A DNA stretch of 63,989 nt, the filler included, from Neolecta irregularis DAH-3 (lineage: Eukaryota): the NCBI GenBank assembly GCA_001929475.1. It is 11 parts of 11 records of this genome, joined end to end, with 100 filler letters (N's around TTAATTAATTAA, not from the genome) between each part and the next. Parts side by side here need not be neighbours in the genome. Positions count along the whole stretch, not along the records: positions 49,447 to 51,663 come from LXFE01004396.1; positions 51,764 to 61,060 come from LXFE01000726.1; positions 61,161 to 62,239 come from LXFE01004405.1; 8 more parts are not named here. One strand, written 5' to 3'. The notes below the pieces were generated by a model that ran no database searches, was not told the DNA's origin, and worked only from the letters and a program-made list of their open reading frames with translations. Shown here one piece after another: positions 49,814 to 62,339 of the stretch (position 1 is its first letter; the number at the start of each line of letters is the position of its first letter). Made by a program: the position numbers and the translations under genes.

Positions 49814-51135
49814 CTAGGTCCCATTACCTATTCCAGGATCGCTTCTGGGAACAGTAATAATACCAATATCTGTAAAATGGGTTTCCAGGCTGCTCTTCAA
49901 TAATCCAGATTGAGTTATCTGGGATCTAATGTTCTTGCCATATACTTTAGATAGCACAAATAGTACCATGTCAGTAAGGCATTTCCTGCTATCATCCGGT
50001 AAGAAAGCGTACATACGCGGCCCGAGTTCTCGACGCTCTAACAAAAGGAGAATGGTCGCCCCTGATAACATAGCTAAAACTGATCCTGTATCACCACCAT
50101 CATCTTCATTAATATTAATATTAATTACCCTTCCAGATATAAAGGTCTGTCCATTCATAGCTCCTTCAAACATTTTCATGGCAGATTGGTACTGGATAGG
50201 CAGTTCGGAACCCGATGTATATATGAGTGGTCGGTTTCCATAAAGACGGGAATGGTAGTGTATCATAACGTAATCGCCGTTGCCATATGAAACGATGAAA
50301 AGGTAAAAGTCATGTCCATGGATAAACAAAGACTTTTTTATTGGATCAAAAACGGTAGTGTAGTCTCGACCAATGTTGTGGCTGAATATATCGAGAAAAG
50401 CCAGCGCAATTATGTCTGAGAATTCCAAAGATTGTGGCCATGATTTGAGGCCAACGGCAATTTCTTCGGTGATTGAATGTCCAGGGATTGTGCGGCCAAC
50501 GCTGATTTCATCGATCGAATCGATTTCTTCATCGATCGAATCTTGAGAGAGTTTGCGTCGTTTGGCCTTTCGCTCTCCTGTATCATTGTCCTCAATAAAA
50601 TCACCTGTAACTCTTTGCTCAATAATATCGACTACAACTGCTGGTTTGCCATTCACCGCAGAGTTCCAGCAGCCAAGCAAAAAAGGTTCATAGGATATTT
50701 TCTGTACTGATTCTGAATATCCCTTTTTAACGTGATCGATCCACTCTCTACTGGATTCTATATGGCGAGAAAACTCTTCTACGACGTCAAATCTTCGTGG
50801 TTCCTTGATACTATATTATGAATTTCCATACAGTCACAGGTGCTTACTTGTAGATTGCTCCAATTAAAGAACCTGGTGAAAATGAATCCCGAGGTAAAAG
50901 TGTCGCACTTGTCCGACATTGGGTATCGTAGACCACGAATGCACTACAGAAAAACTTCTCTAAGAAGCATCTCTCTGCGCATTGATATATCGGCTGTACA
51001 AATTTGTCATTAGGGATTCTAACTGGATAGTTTCCATGCATCTACTTCACCTACCACTTTTGTGAAATGGTCGAGATATGAGGCAGCGCAAAGGAGATTC
51101 GCTAGCACGATCGACCACAAGATCTTTGACAACAT
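49814..51135 (-). CDS. Secreted PAN/Apple-like protein with C-terminal Ulp1-like-fold domain (family member A)
   Basis: Signal peptide MLSKILWSIVLANLLCAA; QCAERCFLEKFFCSAFVVYDTQCR; intron 50847-50811 joins in frame to the 288-aa ORF; first intron boundaries uncertain. Confidence 0.65.
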
Positions 51136-51467
51136 GATGTAAGGTAATGGAGTGCGGAGAGTATGGCATCAAGCCTTTTATAGGCGAGGATACGCTTCCG
51201 GCTTCTTACTGTCTCAGAACAATGATGAAACATGAGATCAGTCAGTGGAGTGCAATATCGGCGCCGAATCAAGCGCAGCCACCATTGTAGAAATGTCGGA
51301 ATTCAAAATCCATTCATTTTCGAGTGGTCTCTAATCCATAGATTTCTATTGCTATGATCCTAAAACTCAACCCTGAACGCCAAGCATACTACATGCAAAC
51401 AGATCAAGACCACTGCGCTTGAGAATCGNNNNNNNNNNATATTATGTCTATTGCTATGATCCTAAAC

Positions 51468-51663
51468 TCAACCCTGAACGCCAAGCATACTACATGCAAA
51501 CAGATCAAGACCACTGCGCTTGAGAATCGCAAAGCGGAATACAACTTCGAGGGTGGTGACAATCACAGACAAGGCGACTAAAATAATGATAATCCATGTG
51601 ATTCGGTGCATTGTACTGTCTGCTATTGAATCGGAGAGGATATCGACTAAATCAAAGATGACT
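51468..51663 (-). CDS. RMD8: 3' end of an RMD1/RMD8 (DUF155) family gene; absent from ORF track
   Basis: VIFDLVDILSDSIADSTMHRITWIIIILVALSVIVTTLEVVFRF. Confidence 0.75.
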
Positions 51664-51763
51664 NNNNNNNNNNNNNNNNNNNNNNNNNNNNNNNNNNNNN
51701 NNNNNNNTTAATTAATTAANNNNNNNNNNNNNNNNNNNNNNNNNNNNNNNNNNNNNNNNNNNN

Positions 51764-51965
51764 AATTCAAGAATCCTCGTCACACTTTTCCGCCAGCAAT
51801 CCGAACCATGGGTGTCAATTAGCCATGAATACTTGAATCGAACTGGAGAGGCTTGTAGAATATTCACAAACCATATTTTGAAGATGGTTGTCAAGGATTC
51901 CAAACTGTTCTCAGGACTAAGGAATATTTTGCACGAACAGCTTCAAGATGATTTTGAGCGTACAC
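51764..51965 (+). pseudogene. Diverged fragment of the dynamin middle domain
   Basis: Nucleotide similarity to 53774-53975 with indels. Confidence 0.8.
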
Positions 51966-52352
51966 AAACGAAACAGTCGTAGTTATGATTCACTTAGGCT
52001 TGTCACCTTGAAACCGATGGCATGACCAAGAGATCAAATAAAACTGTTATTCAGATCTTAAAGTACGTTGTGAAATTTCTAGCCAAACAGTCATCTTGCC
52101 GCCTTTGACAGAAGTACCACCCATCCCAGTCGTTACATGCTTCTTTACCTTGTAGATACAAACACCAAAGCCTTTCTTTGTCAGTATTCCTACTCCTTAT
52201 CCAATCACTGTCTCATGAAATTTTGAACTAAATTTTCGTGACCCTGCTGTGGAAAGGATATTTGTCTACTAAGACATGGGTCTTATCAATGGATCTTTGA
52301 GCGCTCTATAAAGAGGGAATGATGCTGCCTTGTAGAGAACATATTTACAAAC

Positions 52353-54479
52353 ATGAGCGCCGATGGTAATGGCACGGCTGGTAAAGATAGGTCTGATGGA
52401 GGCCTTCACATCGAATCTCCGTTCATGACTATGGACCATTCTAGGTTGCTTGACAAGGTGGACAAGTTGAGAGCCTTGCAAATGAATTCGGTCATTTCAC
52501 TTCCCCAGATAGTTGTTTGCGGTGATCAATCTTCTGGTATTCTCCTGCTGCATTATGTTTGTAAACACTCTAGGAAAGTCAAGTGTATTAGAGGCACTTA
52601 CCCAGATCCCGTTCCCTCGATCAGATGGTCTTTGTACCAAGTTTGCAACTCAAGTGATTCTTAGACGGGCCAGTAAAACAAGCGTTCGAGTACAAATCAT
52701 CCCAGATTGTAAGCGACCTGAAGCTGAACAACGAGCCCTGCAAAGCGTGGATATAAAACTCAAAAAACTTGAGGATATGACAATTCTGATTGAAGAAGCC
52801 TCAAAGCATATGGGTGTTCAAAGTTCAAGTTCCACGAGCACATTCTCGTCAGATATCCTCTCGATCGAAGTTTCTGGTCCCAAACAACCTCATCTCACGG
52901 TTGTGGATTTGCCAGGATACATTCGAACGACTTCAGGAAACCAAACCAAAAAAGACATTACTTTGATATATGATCTCGTCAAGGACTATATCTCTGATAA
53001 GAGATCAATTATACTTGCTGTTATCCCTGCAAATGTCGACGTTGCGAATGCAGAAATCTTGGAAAAGGCTTCTGAAGCGGATCCCAACAAAACACGAACA
53101 CTCGGCGTAATCACAAAACCCGATCTTGTAGACAACGGTGCCGAGAATCAGGTATTAACTCCCACCTTTGGCATGAATTTTACATTTAGGTTCTTGACCT
53201 TGCTGCGAATGTGACAAAGCCTTTGAAGCTTGGATATTTTATTGTTCGCAATCGAAATTACAATGAATTGAAGAGCGCTTCAGACTCCAAAGCGAGAAAT
53301 AAGTCAGAGGCTGCATTCTTTGCTCAGTCCCCATGGTCTGAGATCAATAAGACACGAATTGGCATCGACAGGCTTCGTTTATACCTTTCCGACTTATTAC
53401 AGGAGCACATTTTCAAGGAATTGCCCCAAGTTCGTGATGAAGTTCATTCGAATCGCCGAAAATGTGAGAAACAGTTGAAAGGGATGCCACCCGAGATGGG
53501 AACACTTCCACAGAAACAAATTTTTCTTTCAAAAATCATCCGAGAGTACCAGGAGAAAGTCAAAGATGCGTTATCTGGAGAATATGACGGCGAAATTTTC
53601 GCAGATGGTGAAGGTCGAATCAGATGCATTCTCCAGAATCTCAACGAAAAGTTCAGTTCTGAGATGACATTAAATGGCCACAAGTTTGACCTTTTGAAAG
53701 AGCCGGACAAGTCCATAGCTTGGGTCCGTAGTTGCTACCAAGAGTCTCGAGGTGATGAACTTCCAGGATCAATGAATTCAAGAGTCCTCGTTACACTTTT
53801 CCGCCAGCTAGCCGAACCGTGGTTAAAAATCAGTCGTAGACACTTGAATCGATCTGGAGAGGCTTGTCAAAAAAGCACGGAACACATTTTGAAGATGATT
53901 GTCAAAGATTCCAAGCTCTTTGCAGGACTGAAGAATATTTTGTTCGAACAGCTTCAAGAAAACTTTGAAAATGCGGAAATAAAACTCGATGAACTTCTCG
54001 AAACTGAGCGAGATGGAATACTCCTCACTTACAATCATCATTATACTGATAAGGGTATACATCTGTCATGAAAACGTTGGCTAATATTGGAAGTCAAACA
54101 TTCTCGTAAGAATCGAATGAAGGAAGTTGTAGGAAAATCAGTCAAAAAGGAAAATGAGGACAGATACGCCGCGGCAACGGGAATCGCCCAAGAAATGACG
54201 AATGAACACTCTGCTCTTTTGGATATAATGGACTGTCTCGCTGCATATTACGACGTGTCTCGAAAGAGATTCGTCGATAATGTCACGATCCAAGCTATCG
54301 AACGTGAAATGGTGAAGGTACTCAAGTACGTCATCCCCGAAGATATCTGTTTTGAGATGGGGGAAGAGGAAATAGATGACTTGATCTCTGAACCTAAACA
54401 TGTCAGTGAAGAGAGAAAGATGCTGATCCAGAAGATCAAGAGTTTAAAGGAAGCAGAAGATATTTTGAAATCTGCGTAG
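52353..54479 (+). CDS. Mx-like dynamin-related GTPase (3 introns)
   Basis: LPQIVVCGDQSS|GKSSVLEAL, FPRSDGLCTKF, VDLPG, TKPD, SRGDELPG, GED AYYDVSRKRFVDNV. Confidence 0.93.
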
Positions 54480-55289
54480 GCGAAGAGTTATCAGATGAAG
54501 TAGAAAAATAAACATTTTCGAACGATTAACTTTCAAACTTCTAGTTCTAATTAGCTTTCAGATGCAGTATTGCCCAAAATTTAAGAGTCCACCAAGACAC
54601 ATCAGGTCAATCATCCTCGAGGATGGATGAGTGACACCATTTCACTTCTCATTTTATCGAAAATTCTCAGTATAAGCACATTTAGATTCATTTTCAGAGA
54701 CCATTGATCGATGGCCAAATAAGCGAATATCAGGAAAAAGTTATATCGAATCAATGAAAGTGAGTTTGATATTTGTAATTCCTGAGGCTTTGCAGCCAAA
54801 TCGATAGCGAATTTCAATGATATGATGAGCTCTTGGAGAAAAAGTATCAGTGTTTCTCATGGACTAGGCAAACTTTAACTATCGGAAAATGTAAACCCGT
54901 GAGACGGCCCATGAGTTGGAAGCGCTCATCAGAGTATCAATTGTGTTCTGCATGGAGACCAATACTACTTATCCTCTATAACAATTCCATGATTCCGGAC
55001 ATGAAATTTTAAAGCTGGGGGCTGCTTAAATTCGAATTCGATGATTCTTGCCACTCTTCTATGGCCTTGCCCAAGATTTGGAGTTCTTATATGAATTTAG
55101 CATTATCATCAGAATCATAGTCGTATTTGCCTGGCTGTTCCACTAGTCCCTTTTCACCCAATATGTATTCAAAACAATGCTGGAGAAGATCAAGATCAAA
55201 TTTTCCGTCATTCTTATACCATCTAATATAGATGTATTGCAGGAATGTCATTGATTGTGTCGAAAGAAACAGAGTTACCATCTTTGTCT

Positions 55290-55805
55290 AAAGCATCGAT
55301 GTGGATTCAATTTTGTGACCCTTGTTGCCGAAGACTATACAGTCCTTTCCACAACCACTACTGATGAATGGATACAAAGGGCAGAAGAAACTTTGTGCCA
55401 GTCGCTCAATGGTCCCAAAGAAAAAATGACTTGCCGCATTTTTATTAGGTTTTTCTCGTACGCTGCACTACCAGAGAAAGATTTCGGCCCTAGGTCCTCG
55501 AGTGTTCTACGTCAAGCTTCGCTATCGCATAATCTCGATCGAAAGTCACTCATTTCCGCACTTAAGTGATGGATTCTTCCAGATCCTAAATCTTCGACCT
55601 ACTTTGACCAGCTTGTATTAATCTTTCTCAAGTTGTACAGGCCCAAAGATACCTTTGTGTATCAGACTAATTCGTATTACTTTGCCATACGGAGACACGA
55701 TACTGGTGACCACTCTTGTGTATTGGTCGTTTCGTTTGGGTCAGGTCACTATGTTACCATAACTGCTGGCGAATCACATGATGAGTATGTGCAGCATACC
55801 TCGCC
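55290..55805 (+). pseudogene. Remnant of the Ulp1-like-domain family (premature TGA at 55567-55569)
   Basis: ORFs 55255-55569 and 55633-55827 share one frame; FDQLVLIFLKLY...VLVVSFGSGHYV aligns by eye with member A FSDIIALAFLDIF...LFIVSYGNGDYV. Confidence 0.55.
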
Positions 55806-55945
55806 AACGAAAGAAATGGCCAGATAGAAATCATAGAAATTTTGGTTATTTAGTGAATTTGGTATTGCACCTATATAAATTGTCAAACGACCACCCGCCC
55901 ACCCGCCGGAGGGTCTCCGGCGGGGTCTGGCGGGCGGGTGGCCAG
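55806..55945 (+). repeat. Interspersed repeat, copy 2, ending in a nested GC palindrome
   Basis: Matches 2475-2560; arms CCACCCGCCC/GGGCGGGTGG and CCCGCCGGAG/CTCCGGCGGG. Confidence 0.75.
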
Positions 55946-57405
55946 ACTGATTTTGTCCAAGCTATGTTATACCAATTGCAACAAAACTTTACAACTACAG
56001 TCTACGTATTACAGGCTAAACTTTAACCGTCTCATATTATCCCTTTCAATGCCCGTTACAATTCTGGACGACGTAGAGAGGCCTGTGCTGACCACTGCTT
56101 CAAGGACCTTTCATGTGGTTCTTTCCTTCTGGTAGAGAAAGAGGACGACGAACAGGAAAATCAGTGGTGCTACCTATTTACTCAAGGATCCGTTGTGAAC
56201 CTTACGCCAACGACATCGTCTTTCCTCGCGCTTGGGTACTACAGGATTAGGGTTAGGGTTAGTTGGGATCTAAAAGTCATCTGATGTTTTAGGCACATAT
56301 CGAGACTCCTTCTTTGTATCTTGATCAATTTGATAAAGGATCCGATGCCCTACAGGGAACTAGATCTCAAACAATTGCAAAATTCTCATAAGTCCCCCAA
56401 GCCACTCACCCGTCCCTTTCACTCCTTGACCGGATCCAGGATGATAATGGCCGGTATTTCCCTTTTGTATTTCAATTAAACTATCTATCACTGTTTCCGG
56501 GGAGGCTGGTAAACTGCTGTGCAGCTTTCTGCCGCTCCCATGTTTATTTCTTTGTCTCTTTCTAATTCCGTTTATCTCTCCTTTTCTCTTTGTGCTATTT
56601 CCATCTGATACCAGCCCGCTGCTGGCAGCTATACTTAAGGGCTGGTTTCATCTCTGTAGTTTAGCCAACTCTATAATCTATTTTTCCGTTTCTAAGGATG
56701 CGTTCGCCAGCCACAGGAAAAAGATATAAGAGTAATTTCATGTCGTCGTTGCAAAAAAAGTACATTACGTCATACTCACGTGTCCCAAATCCACACGGAC
56801 TGGTTTTCAAATCAAAGAAGTATTTTAAGTGGAATCAATTCCAGATGCTCTGGTCCCCGAATTTCCAGACTATTTTTGAAAGAATTTCATCAATATAAGT
56901 AGCTCCATTCCACTTTTGGCAAGTCAAGACATCTCAAACCCTGTGCTGAACACTGCTACAAGGATTATAAGTGATTGCCTGAAGTACGAATAAGAACCAC
57001 AGGAGGGACTCACTAGAGGCGCGAGCGATGGGAGAGGCTGGTGAGACTGGCTGGTGAGGCGTGCAGGCAAGGCGGACAGGAAGGCGGATAGGGATGATAC
57101 AGCGGAGGGGAAGGGCTGCCCAAATAGTATTATATATCACGTGAAAAGGCCCGTTTCGGCCCATGGACCAATGGCCGGGCTACGGAAATACAAACTCCGC
57201 GACCCCATACTCCCGATAAACCGGAGAAAGGTTCATATTATGTCTCAGATTGCCTCTGGAAACAGCAGTTTTAGCTATCGAGCCCTATTCCGTCGTAAAT
57301 GTCTCGGTGGCAGCCATAGATTGAGACATGTTTGATCTAGTTCGCTTTAAATGGGCGTTCCCTCGCCATTTCCCCAGTTTGAACTCTCTTCGCCGACACT
57401 AGACA

Positions 57406-60400
57406 ATGGGACATGGGTTTTTGTTCTTTTGTGCTGTCATTTCGATAGCTGGAGCCCACTTTCTGCAAGGCATCTTTGTCCATGAAAAACAACCTACTTT
57501 TATTTCCTCCAGGAACTCTGCGGTTCTTGAAGAAGGATTCTTCGATATTGGGTATGGACCAGAGGTTCATGATCACTGTGCTCAAAGGTGCCATGAAACT
57601 GGTACGATCTCCATTCGAGAGACTTCACTGATATCATCCAGAATCTTGCAAAGCTTTCCAAATATCGCAAACTTTAGATCAGCCACCATGGTTCCAAATA
57701 TTTTATTGTCAGTTATTATCAAAGGTTCCTGGTCATCGTATGAGCAAGGGCTTGATGTTGAAGAAACAACTGCAATATGTCGCACAATATAAACTTTCCC
57801 AGGATATTGTGGCAGATTCTACCGTTAGTACTTTGCCACTTGCACAACTTTTCGAAACTATTCCCTTTCAACAGCTTGTAGTAGTGTCCAGAGATGCAGA
57901 GGAAGCTCTAAAGTCTGGATTTTTTGAAATCCAGGTCTCTTTGGATCATGATTCTTGTGCTCAAGCTTGTCTTGATAGAGGTAAGAACCACGCAACCCCG
58001 CAATATTTCTAACACGTAGATGATTGTAATGCTTTTCAGTTGTCAAGGGACAATCTTCAATCACAAGTAGATCCGTGGTTTGCTGTCTCGCACTGCACGC
58101 TACTCTCCGAAATACCTATATATCCCACAAACAAAGCTCCACAATTTTATTATGGAAATTTCGAGCCCAATATGTACTTTGAACAATTTGCGTATGTATA
58201 CCTGAATATTTGAAAACTCACATAAAAGGCTTTCATCTGATGCATTTCGAACAAGGAATATGCCTATACTGTATTCAACCAAGAATCTGTCTGATTTTCC
58301 GGATTTTCTCAATTCCGAACAAGATGATCTCAGTTCTGGTGATTCGGATATATTATCGGATGACGAGGACGACCTAGTAATTACCACATATAAACCTAAC
58401 AGCTTTAAGAGTGGAGCACTCTGGAAATCTCGTGTCATTTTACAACGTCAAGATGTCTTCGGATCAGACTCATCTCACCATGGTTTGCCAAAGTCTACAA
58501 AACCTAAACCTGCTGTCAGTCAACTAGAATTACCAGTGAACCCTACAAAACCGTCTAAAGAATTTCAAAATCGTGAGAAAGTGCCCTCGGGTAAACGTCC
58601 TTTCAAGGGTTCAGGAAGAAATTTCCCCTCGTCGATTGCAAAACCTCCAAAGACTGATGCTCAAACAGAAGAGCAAAAGACGTCCAAACTTATGAATGGC
58701 AACAATGCTGATGTCAGTCTACTGTGGAGTGAAATACTTGCTAGCCCCCAGAAATATCCAACAAAGAATCCCAATTCGAAAGGTGTTTCGAATAAAAATG
58801 AATTAACAAATCCACTTGCAGAAGTTGTCACTCATGATAAAGTTGACCTACCCTCAAAATCTTGGATGAATGACAATGGTGACATGAATAGTGTCAAAAA
58901 CGCTTTGTGGAGTCAACACATTGCTGAAAGCGTTTCCTCTATTAGTACTTCGAAATTCACAGCAAACCACCACTCTAAGGTTCTTGCAAACATGCCCAAT
59001 ATAGTCACCATTGCAAACAAGCATGTCCTACAAGCTGCGATTTCCAAGAGGCCTTCAAATACCCATGCTTCAGATGTATCCAGAAATAACGAGAAACAAT
59101 CTGACAACTCTTCCCTCTCTGAGACTATGTCATCGGCTGAAATAATTACACACAAATCGAATGATAAAGTTAGGGCTCAAAAATCTACACCAAAATATTC
59201 GTCTTCAATTTCAAAGTCAAAGCCAATATTGCAAAGCTCTTCAAAATCCTCCAGCCAAACATCCGCGGAAAGGAATATCAATGCGCTACGTGATCCTTTG
59301 GAAAATAATGTCAAGGGACCAGAGAATTTGTTGGTTACGCCTACTTCTGTTCAATATCACAAATCTTCCGCGTTTGAGCCGAAGTCATCGGCTGAAAACA
59401 TTCCACACAAATTGCACCAAAATGATAAAGGTAGAGTTCAAGAATCTACACAAAACTTATCTTCTTCAGAGTCATCAAAGCCAAGATTGCAAAGCTCTTT
59501 GATATCCACTGGAGCGAATGTCAACAAGCTACATGATCCCTTAGATCAAAGAAGTAATGTTGAGAGATTGCAAAACTCTTTGATTAAGCCCACTTCTGTT
59601 CCCATATCCAATAGACATAGTTCCGGGAAACCTAAAACACCGCAAAAGCCGAAAAATACTAAAATACCGAAAAATACCGACAATACTAATTTGGATGAGT
59701 TTTTAGAATCTTATGTCGAGTCAACGAAAAAATCCCGACATATTGGAAACATTGACCAGACATCTCTGGAGTCACTGAAAAAACTGAATGATATTACAAA
59801 CCCGATGGACCTACCCCAGATAAAAATCCCGAAAGCATCATCCATTCCACAGGAATATAGAAAGCTGTATTCAACGTTATCAAACCCTCGGGCTGAAATT
59901 CCTGGGGAGATCTTCGATCGTTTCGCTAGGATTCAGTATGCTCATAGTTCAGCGCAGATCAAGACGAATGTTCTTTTCCTTGACGCAAGTGAACTCGCCT
60001 TTGGAAATAGCCATTATCAGGAAAATGGGTCTGAAAATTATTTTAAATCCTCGGATTTTCTCTGGAGCCATGACACTTGCAAAACGCATCCGGAAAGCAT
60101 ACTCTTTTTTTGGATACCCAAAATAGAGACTGAACATCAGCCAATGCTTCTAATCAAGATGTCACTCAATACTGGAGCTACATTTATTTTCGGTAAGGGG
60201 GATCATACCTCCCTTAAAAGGGAAACCCTAAATGCTATTGGCCGTCAACTAAGAATGATAATCTCAAGTTGGAAATTTCCGGGCATTCCTATTTCCCTGG
60301 AGACTGAGTTTGTATATATATCGGTTGATAACTCAAAGCTTATCGCTCTTGGATTGGATTCAAATGTCATCTACGGAGCTGAGATTATCACAAATATGCA

Positions 60401-60527
60401 AGGTTTGATACTAGGCTTGCCATATAACGAAGAAGAAGCAAGCAAGTACCCTGTCGAGTATCTTTACATACTGAAAAAACAAATGGCAAATCTCCTTGCG
60501 AGTAAGAAGGGAATAACTAAGTCATAA
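57406..60527 (+). CDS. About 1001-aa secreted protein: 2 PAN/Apple domains, long S/K/P/N-rich linker, C-terminal globular domain (family member B)
   Basis: Introns 57602-57641, 57981-58019 and 58192-58228 give one 3006-nt frame; HCAQRCHETESCKAFQ...YCQL and SCAQACLDRDDCNAFQ...HCTL. Confidence 0.85.
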
Positions 60528-60840
60528 TGGAAGACGATATTGTGTTTCAAGTTCCTTTGGTCAAACCCTGATTTGTTTTGTAATTACGTTATCGTTGCTC
60601 GAGATACATAAATTCAAGGCTTGCTCTGTCATAGCAAGCTGATTGAGGGACCAAATTACTTGATTTTGCTTTCGCCTCGCCCAAAAAACAGGCATCTAAA
60701 TTCATGTCGAAGGATTGGATTTGTACCGAACTCTTGAATGTAAAATAGCGTTCTGCACAAGACGTTTTAATGTGGTGGCATAGTCTCATTTGGAAGTCTG
60801 GTGAACGCAATCGTTAAAGTCTACATTGCCCACCTGGAAC

Positions 60841-60945
60841 ACCACCCACTACTGATGAATGGATAGATATGGCAGACGAAAAGTTGTGCCAGTCGCTCGA
60901 GATTCACAAAGAAAAAGAGATTTGCCGCGATTTTATTTATTTTTA
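60841..60945 (+). pseudogene. Short remnant homologous to 55350-55455
   Basis: CCACTACTGATGAATGGATA...TTGTGCCAGTCGCTC...CAAAGAAAAA...TTGCCGC shared. Confidence 0.65.
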
Positions 60946-61214
60946 TTGGTAAGTGTCAGCACGCGACCTTAGGTTGAGCGCTGATGTGGACTTTGGTTGG
61001 ATATGCTGCCGTAGATACTGTTAAAGAGAGTAACTACGTATATTGAATATCAGGTCAAAGNNNNNNNNNNNNNNNNNNNNNNNNNNNNNNNNNNNNNNNN
61101 NNNNTTAATTAATTAANNNNNNNNNNNNNNNNNNNNNNNNNNNNNNNNNNNNNNNNNNNNAAGAGCGAGCTTGCAGAACAGCAGCTGGACAAGGCAGTCA
61201 ATTCTGAGATATTT

Positions 61215-61375
61215 GGGTGATGTATGGGATGGATGGGATGGATGGATGGATGGAGATGAGATAGAGATGGAGATGAGATGGGAAGGGGATGGGATGTATG
61301 GGATGGATGGGTGGAGATGGAGATGAGATAGAGATGGAGATGGAGGGATGGTGAGACGGAGAATAGACAGAATGG
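61215..61375 (+). repeat. (GGAT)n/(GAGAT)n simple repeats; similar block at 62085-62239
   Basis: Direct inspection. Confidence 0.9.
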
Positions 61376-61427
61376 AGAATAAATAAGACGCGGAAGAGGG
61401 GCGCCTCGCAAACACCTCCCCTCTACA

Positions 61428-62074
61428 ATGCGCGAAGTGATCTCCATCCACGGTGCGCAGTAGCGGGGCCCGGCTGACGGCGCAGTGGGCCAGGCGGGCG
61501 TCCAGATCGGCAACGGTACTGGGCCCTGCGCGGCGGCGGCGGCTGACAGGCAGCGTGCTGGGAGGTGCGCCACGGCTCTGGCGGCCATCGCTGACCGCAG
61601 CTGTACTGCCTCGAGCACGGCATCCAGCCGGACGGGCAGCTGGGCGCGGAAAAGGCCGCGGGCCCGCGCGACGAGGGCTTCAGCACGTTCTTTTCCGAAA
61701 CGGGTGCGCGCTAGCCGCTGCGTGCTGACGCTGACGGCCAGGCGCGGGCAAGCTGGTGCCGCGCAGCCTGTTTGTAGACCTGGAGCCCAACGTCATCGAC
61801 CAGATCGCGCGCGGGCCGTACCGCGCGCTGTTCCACCCGGAGCAGCTGATCGCGGGCAGCGAGGACGCGAGCAACAACTACGCGCGCGGCCACTACACCG
61901 TCGGCCGCGCGCTGATCGAGCCTGTCGCGGACCGCCTGCGCCGCATCGCGGACAACTGCGCGGGCCTGCAGGGCTTCCTCGTGTTCCACTCGCTCGGCGG
62001 CGGCACCGGCTCGGGCCTCGGCGCGCTGCTGCTCGAGCGCCTGGCCGTCGACTACGGCAAGAAGTGCAAGCTCG
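61428..62074 (+). CDS. TUB1: Alpha-tubulin, 5' part (4 introns of 33-38 nt)
   Basis: [34 protein letters not shown]...[11 protein letters not shown]...NNYARGHYT...GGGTGSG. Confidence 0.96.
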
Positions 62075-62339
62075 NNNNNNNNNNTATGGGTGGGTGTGGA
62101 TGGGTGATGGGTGATGTGTGATGTATGGGATGGATGGATGGAGATGAGATAGAGATGGAGATGAGATGGGAAGGGGATGTATGGGATGGATGGGTGGAGA
62201 TGGAGATGAGATAGAGATGGAGATGGAGGGATGGTGAGANNNNNNNNNNNNNNNNNNNNNNNNNNNNNNNNNNNNNNNNNNNNTTAATTAATTAANNNNN
62301 NNNNNNNNNNNNNNNNNNNNNNNNNNNNNNNNNNNNNNN

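Noticed and set aside
54611..55281. Minus-strand ORF fragments downstream of the dynamin
   Set aside because: Multiple stops and no recognisable domain
55567..55569. In-frame TGA as possible selenocysteine or readthrough
   Set aside because: Surrounding sequence is fragmentary and no SECIS is evident; pseudogene is simpler
56247..56262. TTAGGGTTAGGGTTAG telomere-like motif
   Set aside because: Under three units and internal; may be chance
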